Notes under the pieces: generated by a model
What the model saw: the letters and a program-made list of their open reading frames with translations, nothing else
What the model was told of the DNA's origin: nothing
Databases searched by the model: none
Position numbers and translations under genes: made by a program
Part shown: in pieces, positions 24,381 through 36,375 of the stretch
Layout of the letters: each line of letters opens with the position of its first letter
Position numbering within the stretch: the first letter of the stretch is position 1
DNA from: Hyaloraphidium curvatum SAG 235-1
Taxonomy: Eukaryota > Fungi > Monoblepharomycota
Assembly (NCBI GenBank): GCA_025558095.1
Contig: JAIVFI010000004.1
Coordinates: 1-64,000, forward strand
DNA: 64,000 nucleotides
Reading direction: 5' to 3'

Positions 24381-24671
24381 TTTGTCGATGCTGGTCGAGT
24401 GATGGGGAGCTCCTCTGGCGTTCTCCTCGGGTGCACACATGGCATCAGCTCCAGTGCGGAAGCGGGCAGCAGTGCGTGCACACCTTGACAAGAGCTCTGA
24501 TATGTGTTACATGCTTTCTCTATAGAGCAGTTCTGCCGAAGCTTTGAGGTGGGGCCCCGGAGTGGCGGGGCGCCCGGCTGTGCGAGCGGCTGTGCGCCGC
24601 TTACCAAGCACCGTCCGCGTCTTCCCGCCCTCCGGTCGACTCGCGGACCTCCTGCAGGCCGGTCCCTCACC

Positions 24672-25955
24672 ATGGCCACCGCCAGCACGTGGAACTTTCG
24701 TTTCGCGGGGCCGGTGCCCCACGACGCGGCGTACTACTCCAAGTGCGTCCTCGGTGCGTACCGCGCTCCCCGCGCGGAAGTCCTCGCTGACGACCGGCAG
24801 GCGGGGTGCTGGCGTGCGGCGTGACGCATTGGGCGATTACGCCGCTTGATGTGACCAAGTGCAACATGCAGGTTGGGGCATTGTCGGGCGCCTGTGCGGC
24901 GGGGTGACACGGTGGCCGGATCACACGGAAAGGTCTACCCCGGCAAGTACAAGGGGCTCCTCCAGGGCTTGCGTACCATTGTCAAGGAGGAGGGCGCCCG
25001 GGCGCTGTGGAAGGGGTGGGGTCCGACGCTGCTCGGTTACTCGATGCAGGGTGCGTGCCCTGCCCGGACTTGGCGCCCCACGTGCGGGCTCTGACATCGT
25101 TGGCGCATCCAAGGCGCGGGCAAGTACGGGCTTTACGAGGTGTTCAAAGACCAGTACTCGAACATGGCCGGCGAAGAGGCGGCTCGCAAGTATAGGGGCA
25201 TGATCTGGTGCGCCTCTGTTTCGGGCGCGAGGGGCGCGGGTTGTAACCCAGCGATACCGTGCCCCGCAGGGTCACGGCCTCCGCTTCCGCCGAGTTCTTC
25301 GCCGACATCCTCCTGTGCCCCTCCGAGATGGTCAAGGTCAAGGTGCAGACCTCTCCCGCCGGCACGTGGCCCACGGCCTTCGGCCCGGCCGCGGCAAAGA
25401 TGTGGGCGGAAAGGGCGTCGACCCGCTTTCCCTTCGGGTCACTCGTTCCTCTGTGGTCGCGTCAGATACCTTACACGGTCGCCAAGTTTTATTTCTTCGA
25501 GAAGGTGGGGGATCTGCGCGGAAGCGTAGCTGATAAGCTGACCACCGCCAACATATGGTGTATAAGATCGTTCAGCTCTTCTACACACATCTACTCATCC
25601 AACCCAAGGACTCCTACTCGCGACGGACGCAGCTCGGCGTGACTTTTGCCTCGGGCTACCTCGCCGGCATCGTCTGCGCCATCGTCTCGCACCCGGCGGA
25701 TTCGATGGTCTCCCTCATGGGGAAGGCGGAGAACAAGGGCAAGAGCATGAGCACCATCGCCAGCGAGGCCGGGATGCGGGCGCTGGCAACCAAGGGGCTC
25801 GGGACCCGGGTGTTGATGATCGGAACCCTCACGGGCTTCCAGTGGTACATCTACGACACGTTCAAGAGCTTGATGGGATTGGTGGGCTCGCTGCTTCTTT
25901 GGCTGACATCCGTTGCTCACGAACGGCGCTGCAGGGGACAACGGGTGGGAAGTGA
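24672..25955 (+). CDS. MIR1: Mitochondrial phosphate carrier (Mir1/Pic2 family, multi-exon)
   Basis: CGVTHWAITPLDVTKCNMQ, WGPTLLGYSMQG, KYGLYEVFK, ASASAEFFADILLCP, PLWSRQIPYT, IVSHPAD, MIGTLTGFQWYIYDTFK; MIR1 vs PIC2 not resolved. Confidence 0.93.
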
Positions 25956-26180
25956 CCCACGGCCGATGCTGAACTAGATCCACATCCCCGACCGCCAGAT
26001 TCACTGCCATTGTATCATCCATATTGCATTCAATAACTGGCCAGCAGCTGACGTAGGACACCTGACACCTTCCTCGCCAGAAACGTTTGGACAGAAACCT
26101 CCCAAGTTGGGCCACAATCAGGACTTCCGCCTCCGTCGCCTCCCGCCCGCAGCCGGTCAGCCCCTCCACGCCACGGCACG

Positions 26181-28304
26181 ATGTCCGACTGGCGTTCCCG
26201 TTGCGAGGCTAAGCGCGCCGAACGCGATGCGCGGATCCCGGCGGACTTCCGTCTTCCCGCCGAAGTCCTCGCGCGGTGGAACAACGCGTCCTCCGCGGCC
26301 GATTTCTTCGACAAAGAGCCCGGAATCCTCACGGCTGAGGAGCGCACGATGACCGACGCGACGGCGACGGAGGCGCTTGAGGTTGGCTTACTGGAAGACG
26401 GACTCGCGGGGGACATTCTGACGGGTTCGCGTCGAAGAAACTGCGGACGGGAAAGTGGACCTCCGAGGCACTCACGCGGGCGACATGCAAGAGGGCAGCC
26501 ATTGCGCAGCAGCTCCTGAACTGCCTGACGGGTACGCGCCGCGTCTGATCGTGGTGAGACAGGGCATGACCAGTCGGACGCGCCAGAGCTCTTCTTTGAT
26601 GAGGCGATCGAGCGGGCCAAGCAGCTGGACGCCGAGTTCAAGCGGACGGGCAAGCCGGTCGGCCGGCTGCATGGACTGCCGATGAGCATCAAGGACCTCT
26701 TCTTCTGGCCGGGGCTCGACGCGACAAAGGGGCTGGTGGCTTACATCTCGATGCCGGTGCCCAAGGACGCGCCGCTGCCCGTCCCGGTCAAGGGGTTCTG
26801 GGATGCCGGCGCCGTGTTCTACTGCAAGACTCAGGTGAGACAATCTGTCGGGCCCGTGGTATGCCTCCACCAATCAGACTTGCGCGGCCGCAGGTCCCCC
26901 AGTCGATGATGACCTTCGAATCCGGCAACGCCGTCTTCGGCCGCGCCGCGAACCCCTGGAACCGCGCACTAACCCCCGGCGGCAGCTCCGGCGGCGAGGG
27001 CGCCCTCGTTGCCTTCCGTGGGAGCCCCCTCGGGATCGGGACCGATATCGGGGGCTCAGTGCGGATCCCGGCCTTCTTCTCGGGGGTATACGGGCTCAAG
27101 ACATCGGCTGGAAGGGTGTCGAGAAAGCAGGTGCCGCACAACGGGCCGGGGATGGGGGTGGTAGGGGGTTCGGGGATGACTGGTGTGCAGGGGCCGTTGG
27201 CGAGGTCAATCGAGGATCTGGAGCTCTACATGGAGGTGGAGGTGGCGGCAGAGGAGTGGAAGCACGATGGTGGGCAACGCTGGCCGGCTTCGTGGGGCCT
27301 GCTCACCTCCACCATTCAGCCGACATCGTCCCCATCCCTTGGACGCCCGTTACCCTCCCGCCCAAGCTCAAACTCGGCTTCTTCACCTCCAACGGCTTCA
27401 CCAACCCGCCTCCGCCTATGCGCCGCGTGCTAGACAAGGCGCTGGACGCCCTCCGGGCTGCTGGACACGAACTGGTCCCCTTCCCGACACCACACGTGGC
27501 CGAGATGGTCGGCCTCTGGTTGGTATCCATTCTGTTGGGCTGTTGGGCGAGTTTCATGCTGAAGTAATCGTACGCCCCAGGTACTGCACCTGCACCGGCG
27601 ACGGCCTCGTCAACCTCCGCTCGACGATCGAACAGGGCGGCGAGGGCTTTGACGTCTCCATCTCCCCCTTCGTGGACTGGGGCGTCGGCCAAGGGTTCCT
27701 GGGGAAGAAAGTCACCGAGTGGGGCGCCGAGGACGAGGCCGTGCGGACGGTGCGGCGGTACGAGCGCGGCGCGCTCACGGTGGCGGAGCTCGCGGGGCTG
27801 GTGGCCGAGCGCGACAAGATCAAGAACATCTACAACGACCAGTTCACTGCCCTCGGGATTGACGTGGGAGGCGGCGCCCTCTTCGTGATCTTCCCGTCGA
27901 GCTAACACCCCGGTTCTCAGGCCGTCATCTGCCCCCCCTTCGGCATCCCCGCCATCCCCCACGAGACCGCGCAGAAGGTCTTTGGCGTCATCGCGTACAC
28001 CGCCATGTTCAACGTGCTCGAGTGGGCCGCCGGCAACGTGCCGCACGGCCACGTCGACCCCGTGGTGGAGGGGAAGCACGAAGGGCCGTACCTGAACTCG
28101 TTCGACAGGGAGGTCGGGGAGCTGTTCGACCCGGAGGTGTTTAAGGGCGCGCCGTTGGTAGGTCGTCGGGCTGCTTCGTAGGGGGTTCGGGGCTAATAAG
28201 CGGCATGCTCGTTCCAGGGGGTCCAGGTTGCGACGCGCAGATGGCAGGAAGAACGCTGCCTTGCGGTAATGAAGGTGGTCGATGCAGCGTTGAATGGCAA
28301 ATAG
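26181..28304 (+). CDS. Amidase signature family enzyme (multi-exon)
   Basis: GRLHGLPMSIKD, NPWNRALTPGGSSGGEGALVA, GIGTDIGGSVRIPA, YTAMFNVLEW, WQEERCL. Confidence 0.95.
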
Positions 28305-28443
28305 AGCAATTCTCTCTCTCATAGCATGCATGCTCTGGTGCGTTCCGAGATTCGGCGGAGCTTAAGGAGCTTGAGGTGCGCGTGGCAAAGCAGGACGTCG
28401 ACGCCGAATGTCCCCCGACTCAAGAAAGTCCCATACCGTTGCA

Positions 28444-29706
28444 ATGGAGCTTTCCGGCAAGGCCGCCGGACGCATACTCTCGCTCGGAAGTCTGTTGCCT
28501 GCCCTGCTCATGTACTTCCGCGTGCGCTTCCTCCCGTGGGGCATGTTCCTGGGAATGCTCTCCGCGACCGTCGCTGCCTTCTCGCCCGTCCTATTCGCAT
28601 TCGGGCTGGCGGGCTCCTTCCTCTCCTTTCGGTCTCGTTCCTACGCCACTGCCGCCGCCGGGGCCGCGGGCGCCGCTCTCGCCGCGGGGCACTTCTGGGG
28701 GGTGACTCACCACGGAGCCGACCTAGCTGGCGCTTTCGGCCGCAACTGGGAGGATAAGATCAATCCGGAGCGACGCAAGCGCTTCCTCCAAAGGCGCTGG
28801 CAGTCTCTGATGCCCGTTGAAGACCGGCCCGTGTGGCAGAGGGACCTCGTCATCCCGAATCCCAGCGGCCGGGACTTCCTCTGCGACGTCTGGCTGCCCG
28901 CCGAGGGAACTCCTCGAAGCGGCATCGCCATCATCTACGTGCACGGCGCAGCCTGGTTTCTCATGGACAAGGACTACGGCACGCGCGTTTTCTTCCGCCG
29001 AATGACTGCGCTCGGGCACGTCTGCGTGGACGTCGCCTACCGCCTCTGCCCGGAAGTGGACCTCGGCGGCATGGTCGGCGACGTCAAGCGCGCCGTCGCC
29101 TGGACCAAATCCAACGCCGAGCAGCTCGGAATCCGGCCCGACCGCATCGTGCTCATTGGTGCTTCCTCCGGCGCCCACATCGCTCTGCTTTCCTCCTACG
29201 CGCCTCACCACCCGGAGCTGACCCCACCGGACCTGCTCAAGGAGGATCTGACCGTTCGCGGGGTGGTCTCGTTCTACGGCCCCGCGGACCTCCTCGCCTA
29301 CTACGAGCACACGCGGCAGGCGAGCGGCGTCGGCCAACCGAAGCCGCCGATCGGCACCTTCGACCCCGACGGCAAATGGAACAACACCCACCTGTCGGGC
29401 CGCGTCGACGTGCTCCTCGGCGGGCACCCCTCGGAAGTGCCGGAGCGGTACCGCCTCGCTTCCCCGTCGGAGCACGCCGGACCTCGCTGCCCCCCCACGC
29501 TCCAGATCACCGGCGACGTGGACTGCATCGCCCCCGTGGTGGCGTCGCTAGAGCTGCACCGGCGGCTTCGCATCGCCGGCGTGCCTTCGGCGATCTCGGT
29601 GCTGCCGGGGGTGAACCACGCCTTCGACCTGATGCTGCCGCGGCTAGCTCCCGCTGCGCAGTCGGCGTTCTACGACTTGGAGAGGTTCCTCGGACTCTTG
29701 GAGTAG
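28444..29706 (+). CDS. Alpha/beta hydrolase (HSL/BD-FAE-like esterase) with N-terminal membrane segments, intronless
   Basis: IYVHGAAW, VAYRLCP, IGASSGAH nucleophile elbow, GDVDCIAP, HAFD. Confidence 0.9.
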   Translation: MELSGKAAGRILSLGSLLPALLMYFRVRFLPWGMFLGMLSATVAAFSPVLFAFGLAGSFLSFRSRSYATAAAGAAGAALAAGHFWGVTHHGADLAGAFGRNWEDKINPERRKRFLQRRWQSLMPVEDRPVWQRDLVIPNPSGRDFLCDVWLPAEGTPRSGIAIIYVHGAAWFLMDKDYGTRVFFRRMTALGHVCVDVAYRLCPEVDLGGMVGDVKRAVAWTKSNAEQLGIRPDRIVLIGASSGAHIALLSSYAPHHPELTPPDLLKEDLTVRGVVSFYGPADLLAYYEHTRQASGVGQPKPPIGTFDPDGKWNNTHLSGRVDVLLGGHPSEVPERYRLASPSEHAGPRCPPTLQITGDVDCIAPVVASLELHRRLRIAGVPSAISVLPGVNHAFDLMLPRLAPAAQSAFYDLERFLGLLE

Positions 29707-29808
29707 CTGAAGGGAGGCGCGGACATCTTTGGGTAGTCAGATCTTTCTACTGTCGCGCGGAATCACAGGGAATCGATGCGCTAGAAACTAATCATCAACT
29801 GGGAATCC

Positions 29809-30741
29809 TTACATGCTCCCCGGGCGCGAGATCTCCGTCCGCGGGGACTCGTCGGTCGAGCTCGAAGGGGGGTAGTAGGTCGAGGTCGTCGAGTACGAGG
29901 TGCAGGGGTAGGACGTCGTGTAGGTCACGTACGAGGTCACGTAGTCCTGAAACGGCTGGAGATGAGCAACGGGAAGCGGACGGGATGTGCGATCGGGGCC
30001 GACCTTCTTGGTCGTCGTGTAGGTCTGGTACTCAGTCGTGGGCACCTTGGTCGTGTAGGTCGAGACGTAGGTGTAGGTCTGGCACTTGGTCTCGGTGGTC
30101 GGGTAGGTGTACGTCGCCGTCTTGTAGACGGTGGTCGTGTACGGGATCTGCAGAATAGGAGAAGGCGGTCAGAACCAGATCGGGGGAGAGAATCGTAGCT
30201 CTGGGTGAGCCCACCGTCTTGTATTGCGTCACAGTATAGTAGGAGGTCACGGGCGTGGTGTACGTGTTGTACTTGGTCGTCGTGGCGTACGAGGTGTAGG
30301 TCGAGTAGGCCGTCGACGTGGAGTACTTGGTGTCGTAGGCCGTGTAGGTGTACGGGACCGACTTGGTCACGGTAGCGTAGCTCGTGTACGTAGCTGGAGA
30401 GCGGGAGGGTCAGGACTGTGGTCTGCAGGCAGCGGGCGCCGGAACACACTCGGGTAGGTCGCGGTCGTCGGGACGTGCTTGGTCTTGGTCTCATAGACGG
30501 TCTTGTAGGACGTCGTCGTCGTCGGTTGGTAGCTCGTGTAGGTGGAAGTGTACGTATAGGTCTTGTCGACGGTCTTGTACTTGGTGTACGTGGGGCACTG
30601 CGGGGGCGAGATCGGTGAGTCAGGCCGAAGACGGGAGCGGCAGGCGCGGCCAACCTGCTTGTCGCCGCCGTTATGGGGAGCAGCGGCGGTGGAAGCCACC
30701 AGGGCCAGGGCGCAGACGAGGGCGAAGAGCCACGAGCGCAT
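29809..30741 (-). CDS. Secreted Thr/Tyr-rich protein, copy 2 (altered, shortened C-terminus)
   Basis: Same exon structure as copy 1; ends YYPPSSSTDESPRTEISRPGSM*; one Tyr->Cys change (TKCQT). Confidence 0.85.
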
Positions 30742-31069
30742 GTCGGGTCACGGCGAGGTCGCGGAGGCGGTTCGAGGTCGGAGAAGGCGAGGAGGGACTG
30801 AAAGGCCGAGGGCAGATGTCGATGGGGTGGGAGGGCAGAGGCCCGCGCCTTAAGAAGTTTCGAGCTGCCTACTGCACGCATTGCTGCATGGCAGGGCGCA
30901 TCGCTGCGTGGTTCGCGGGAGGCACTGCCCTGTGCATCGTACATGCAGCTCCCCACAGTCCCGATGCTCCCAGCCACGCCCCCAACCCGCGCTCCGCGCT
31001 CCATTCACAGCGCACGCCCGAACCAACTTGGAGCCTCTGACTATCGCCCGGCGCGAAGATTGGCCCCCG

Positions 31070-32339
31070 ATGGCGACGATGCAGCCGACAAAGGGCACGG
31101 GCTCCTTCCTGGACGACGCCCTCCGGGCGCTCGGAAAGGATGTCCAGGCCCTGGCCCGCAAGCTGGACGAATTCAACAAAAACGTTGGACCGCTGCTGGG
31201 ACCGCGGGGCTAGCCCGCGGGATGGGGATAGGGTCGCCGACTCGTTTCAAGAGATGGTCGCCGTTGCCTTGCCCGTTGTCACCGGCGCCAGGGCGATTGC
31301 GAGGCTGCAAATGGAGCCGTCGGAGAGGACGGGAGAGGATCGCGCATGGCTCCGGCGCCAGGGACAGGCGCTCACCGACCGGGCCAACGCGATCTATTGG
31401 CGCGCAGAGTCGCCGGAAGCGCTCGAAGCGGATGCCCGCCTGTTCTCCCTCGTCTACCCCGTCATGCGGCGGAGCCTGTTCGTGGCGACGGATGCCCGGA
31501 TTCACGAACTTCAAGGCGTGTGCAAGCCGTCAGACGGTGGCGTCCTTCCCTTCCTGCTCCGCGCGCATATGCTGGACCCCAAGCCCCCGTGGAGGACGCG
31601 CTATCCAAGGCGGAATCGTTGTTTCGCGTCTTTTCCGTCCCGGCAATCGAGGCCGTCCTGCTCTTGGGGAACCTGGTCTTCAACCATAAGGCAAACCGGC
31701 TCAAGCTCGCCAGCGACCTCGCTACCCTCGACGCTGCTGCAGCTCTGCTCTCGGACCAAATATTGCAGGCCTTGCTCCTCGGAGAGAGCAGTGAGCTTCA
31801 ACGCAGTGTGGTGAGCTCTGCCGCGAAGCTGCTGCAGTCTGCCATAGCCGCGCGTCCCAACCCGATCCGGGCGCACTTTTCGCGCCCAAACAGGCAGGCT
31901 GCGGGCCTGCTGCCCATCGTGGAAGACGAGGGCAACGGATGCCTGTTGCACCACATCACTCTCTGGCGCCGCTTCCGCCAGAGCGAAGGCGCCGACGAGC
32001 TCAGCGCCTCCGACTTCTTCGCAGTGACCTACCTGGCGACCTCTGCTCAGCGACCCCGAAGACGTCGCCGAGGACCTGGCCGCCAGCAACGCGGAGCTTT
32101 CCGCCATGCTCAAGGAGCAGGGCTCGGCGGCCCCCCAGCTCTGCGACGGCTGTGGCAGCGCTGCGAACCAATCCAAGATGAAGCGCTGCTCACGGTGTCG
32201 GGTTGCTTGGTACTGCTCCACGGAGTGCCAAAGAAGTGCGTGGAAGGAGCACAAAAGGCAATGCTTCGACGCGACCGCGCCTCCCCCGACGACAAGGGCG
32301 GACCCAGGCGCAGGCGAACCCAGTGGAGGAGATTCGTGA
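31070..32339 (+). pseudogene. MYND zinc-finger gene broken into several frames
   Basis: C-terminal CDGC...MKRCSRCRVAWYCSTECQRSAWKEHKRQC; protein-like segments switch frame near 31210, 31585 and 32042 without clear introns. Confidence 0.65.
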
Positions 32340-32376
32340 TCGCAATAAATGGATCGATGCCGAAAAAGAGGCAATG

Positions 32377-32426
32377 TACATTCCAGGTCTATCTGTATAC
32401 ATACATTCCAGGTCTATCTGTATACA
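32377..32426. repeat. Perfect 25-bp tandem duplication (TACATTCCAGGTCTATCTGTATACA x2)
   Basis: Directly visible. Confidence 0.9.
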
Positions 32427-32519
32427 TGGCGGAGCGTGTGTGCGCGGCGAGCGGCAGAGCGGCAACGTGGCAGTGGAGATCGATGGCAGAAGCCACGGGG
32501 GTGTGACGGCACCGACCGG

Positions 32520-32660
32520 CCCTGTTAAGAAATTTCCAGTGCCTGCGGCATGCGTCTTTGCGATGCGCATGGCCTGCGGTGGTGCGGGAAGGCCTGCCCC
32601 GCGCGCTGTGCACCTGCAGCTCCCTGCTCCGCCGACCCGATCACCACACCGATCGACCTC
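32520..32660 (-). repeat. Orphan copy of the Thr/Tyr-gene upstream element
   Basis: Reverse complement contains TCCCGCACCACCGCAGGCCATGCGCAT...GCAGGCACTGGAAATTTCTTAA, matching ~9565-9630; no coding exons follow. Confidence 0.8.
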
Positions 32661-32711
32661 CTTGTCGTCGAATCCATCTTCCGACACAGTTCATTACCGT
32701 ACGACCCTACC

Positions 32712-34501
32712 TTACACCTTGACCAGCACCTTCCACCTCACCTGCTTCCACCTGAGCACCATGATCGCCGCCCCCCCGAGGAACCACACCGCGGCCGAGA
32801 ACCCCAGCATGGGCCTGTAGTTCGCCCCCAGGCGCGTGCCGTCGGGCGCGTAGGAGGTGTTGGCGTCGACGATGGCGCCGAGGATGGCGTTGCCCCAGGT
32901 TTCTCCGGGCCAGAAGGAGAGCTGGCGAGAGCGGGTGAGCAGGGCCGATCTTCGCTGGGAAGAAGCTGGTGCAGCCCACCATCATGACGCCCAGGACCGA
33001 CCCCAGCTCCCCCAGTCCGAACTCCTGCGCGCAGATGAGCGGCATCGTGACCAGCGGCGCGCCGCAGAAGAGCGCCCAGGCCATCGATGCCGCGATCGTG
33101 ACGCCGAGGTTCGTGGGGGCCGCGAGCCACACCAGCGCCGAGACCATGGGTACGGCGCACGCGAGGACGAACATGTTGACCTCGCCGGCGCGGGAGGAGA
33201 GGAAGCCGCCGGCGATCCGGCCCACAGCCATCACGGCACTGTAGGCGCTTACCACGGCGGCGCCCGCGGCGTTGGAGTATCCGCCGTCGAAGAGCATGAG
33301 GGGGATGTACTGGGAGGAGCGGGGAGATCAGGCCCCTGTGTACGGCTGCGAGTACAGCGACCCACCGCCTGCGGCATGAAGAAGACGAACATGATGATGA
33401 CGATGCCCAGGAACACCAGCGAGAACGTCAGGTTCTTGAAGTACCGCAGCGTGATGAAGGGCCCTTTGCGCGGCACCTTGGGTATCCTCCGCTTGAGCAG
33501 CAGCGAGCAGGGCAGCATCCAGCCCAGCACCACCGCCGAGACGATCCGTAGGGAGAAGCGCCACCCGCCGGCGGTGATGCAGGCCTGCGAGATGGCCGTG
33601 ACGACAAAGGTGCCGATGCCTGTGCCCGAGGACATGAGCCCCATGGCCAGGCCGCGGCGCTTCGAGAACCACTGGGATTGGAGCGATCGTAAGATAGGAA
33701 CAACGAGAAACAAAAGGGACATGAAGGTACCTGATTGGTCATGACGGTCCCAGGGACGTACAGCAGCGAGCCGCCGATCCCGTAGAGCACGGAAGAGAGG
33801 TAGAGGTTCCACAAGTAGACAGCGTAGGAGCCCGTGAAGAGCGCCGTGGCGCAGCAGAGGCTACCGATTCCCTGGAGCAGTGCCGGGTGCAGCCGGTCCA
33901 CGAGCGGCCCGATGAAGATGGCCGTGATCACCGATACGCTGAACACAATGGTCCCCACGAACGAGAGCTGGAAGTTGGTCGCCCCGTCGAAGGCGCCCTC
34001 GGCGATCAGGGTCCGCTGGTACACGCCCCACGAGGCCACGTATGCCGCGGACCACAGCGTGCCGGAGAAACCGGCGAGGAGGACGAGCCAGGCGCGGAGC
34101 GAGGTGTCGGCACGCATGTAGGGCGGGTCCGGCTGCGGGACCTCCTCGGCGTCGGGCCCGGCTCCGTCCTCTTTCGGCGGCGGCGTGGCAGCAGTGCCCA
34201 CCACGGTGGAATCCGTGTCGGCCGTCCTCAGCTCGTCCTTGGCCGAGGTTGGAGCGCCATCCGGTTTTGAGTCTGCTCCGGCTTCGAGCCCCTCGTTGGT
34301 CCCAATTGCGTCTACGGCCCCTTCTCGCTGCGAGATTTCGACGGCACCTGTCGCCACAACGTATCCTTCGGGGTCGGTGGCCACCGTCTCGGCGTCCGAG
34401 AGCTCCGCTTCCGTGGGAGACGAGGTAGGAACGTCCGGCCAGGCGGCGGAGCGCGGCGGGACCCCCGGCGGCTCCCCGGCCGCCGCGTCCGGGGATGCCA
34501 T
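32712..34501 (-). CDS. MFS transporter, monocarboxylate (MCH/MCT-like) family (multi-exon)
   Basis: AWLVLLAGF, WGVYQ, QLSFVGT, GPLVDR, QWFSKRRGLAMGLMSSGTGIG, GRIAGGFLS. Confidence 0.92.
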
Positions 34502-34976
34502 TTCTGCGCGTTCCGAGTGGCCAGATGGCGGCCGACCCTGCGGAGGGCGGCAGGGGAGGCGGACGTGAGTGAGGCAAACTTGGCTGGAGAGCCGTCCTTG
34601 CGCCTTCCTTTGCGCACACTCCGCGGATGCTGGAACGAGCAGAAGACTTCCGCTACGATCCGGCAAGAAGCAGGCTTTGCCCGAAGGCTCCTGTTTTGCC
34701 CGAATACGATGGAAGCCGGACTGGATCGGCCGCAGCGCCGGCCCGCCCGGAACCAGCGCTCTCTCGGACTCGAGCAGCGGACAACGTCGCATAAAGTGCT
34801 TCCCCGAAGACAACAATCTTTCCAAGACGCAGAGTACATCACCAAGAGAGCCGCCATGCGACCGCGAGATCAAGATGCTTGCCCCAGCTCCCGCCAGAAC
34901 CCGCCGACATCTAAACCGCAAGAATCCGCCCCAACATCCCAAGATCCTCCCTCCACCCCGGCTTGCACACGCCCGC

Positions 34977-35573
34977 CTAGTAGCACTTGGTCTTGGTGAA
35001 CGTGACCGTGACGGTGGAAGCTTCCTGTAGAAGTGCGGGAGGCGATGAGTCGCATGGCGGTCCGAGGCGTCGAGGGCGGGTTCCGGACGCACCTTCTTGA
35101 TCGTTACGGTCTTCGTGACCGTCGCAGTGACCGTGGCGGTGACCGTGGCAGTCACCGTGGTCGTGTTCGCGACGGTCTTGGTCACTACGGAGGGAGGAAA
35201 GCACGAGATGGGCGGGGGTGCGAAGCGCGAGGCTCGGGGCGGCACCCACCCGTCCCGCCCGGCGCCGTGACGGTAAAAGTGACCGTAACGGGCTTCTTGA
35301 TGGTGATCGTGATCGTTTCGGCCGCCTTCTTGATCGTGGAAGTCACGGTGACGTACTTGGTGGGGCACTGCGGAGGTGGGGGAGATCGGTGCGTCAGAGA
35401 GGGTGCCCCCGACTTGCGCGCCAGCGGAAACCCACGGGCCCGCTGCCAGAGCCGCTGCCGGAGCCGGCGCCGGTGCCCTTGTCGGCGACGACGTCCTGGC
35501 CGCGCACGGCGATGGCGAGGGCGAGGAGGCAGGCGATGACGAGGAGCCACGTGCGGAGGGTGGAGGAACGCAT
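34977..35573 (-). CDS. Small secreted Thr/Val-rich (TVT) protein, diverged relative of the Thr/Tyr family (4 exons)
   Basis: MRSSTLRTWLLVIACLLALAIAVRG...GSGSGS|CPTKYVTVTSTIKK...TVTATVTATVTATVTKTVTIKK|EASTVTVTFTKTKCY*. Confidence 0.78.
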
Positions 35574-36375
35574 GGTGGAGCGGTCGTGCGGGGTTGTACG
35601 GGGCGGAGTCGAGGTGGGATGGCGCGGGGTGATTGGGCGCGGGGCGGGCGGCGGCGGGCAGCGCGCTTTTATCGATCGGAGCGGCGGGTGAGTAGGCGTG
35701 GATGACTAGGGCAATTAGGCCAAAACGAAAAAAAGAACGACATGCACTCCAGCCGATCTGTCGAACCGCCGAACCGGCCGATGCGCAGCTTTCGGCTTTC
35801 GGCTTTCGGCGCGCGGCGCGCGGCGCGCGCACGTCGACGATCGATCGATCCCGCTCGGGCGCGCTCGGGGGACCACATGTGCATCGCAGGCAATGCAGCG
35901 ATGCAGCGAAGACAGCAGGATGATCCTGATTCGTTGGAGCGGTTTTTGCGGCGCGGGGTCGAGTCGTCGGGAGTTCTCCCGCTCCACCGCACGCCGCGCC
36001 GCGCAACGGCATCGGGGCAGGAAGAAAACGGCACCTGCACCCCTAAAGTCACCGGATCGGACGGATCGGAAAGCAAGGCTTGCGGGAGTAGCGCAAGGAA
36101 GGAGGCCATCCGTCGCCGGCCTCCGAGGGCACCAAATTGCCATCCGCGCTCGAACTCGAACCGGCAACAAACTCCTGCGACTCACCGAACAACCGAGGCT
36201 TTGGCAACGTCCACATCGATCCGCCAACAATTTTCACATCGATCCGCCGGCTTTAGTTTCCCGATCGTGTAATCGTGGTGTTCACGTGGCCGCACGGAAA
36301 GCCGCCTGCGTTCCACTGCAGAACAACAACAGTTCCTTTTCCGCCGTTCGGAGAGCCTCGCTCACATCCCCAGTC

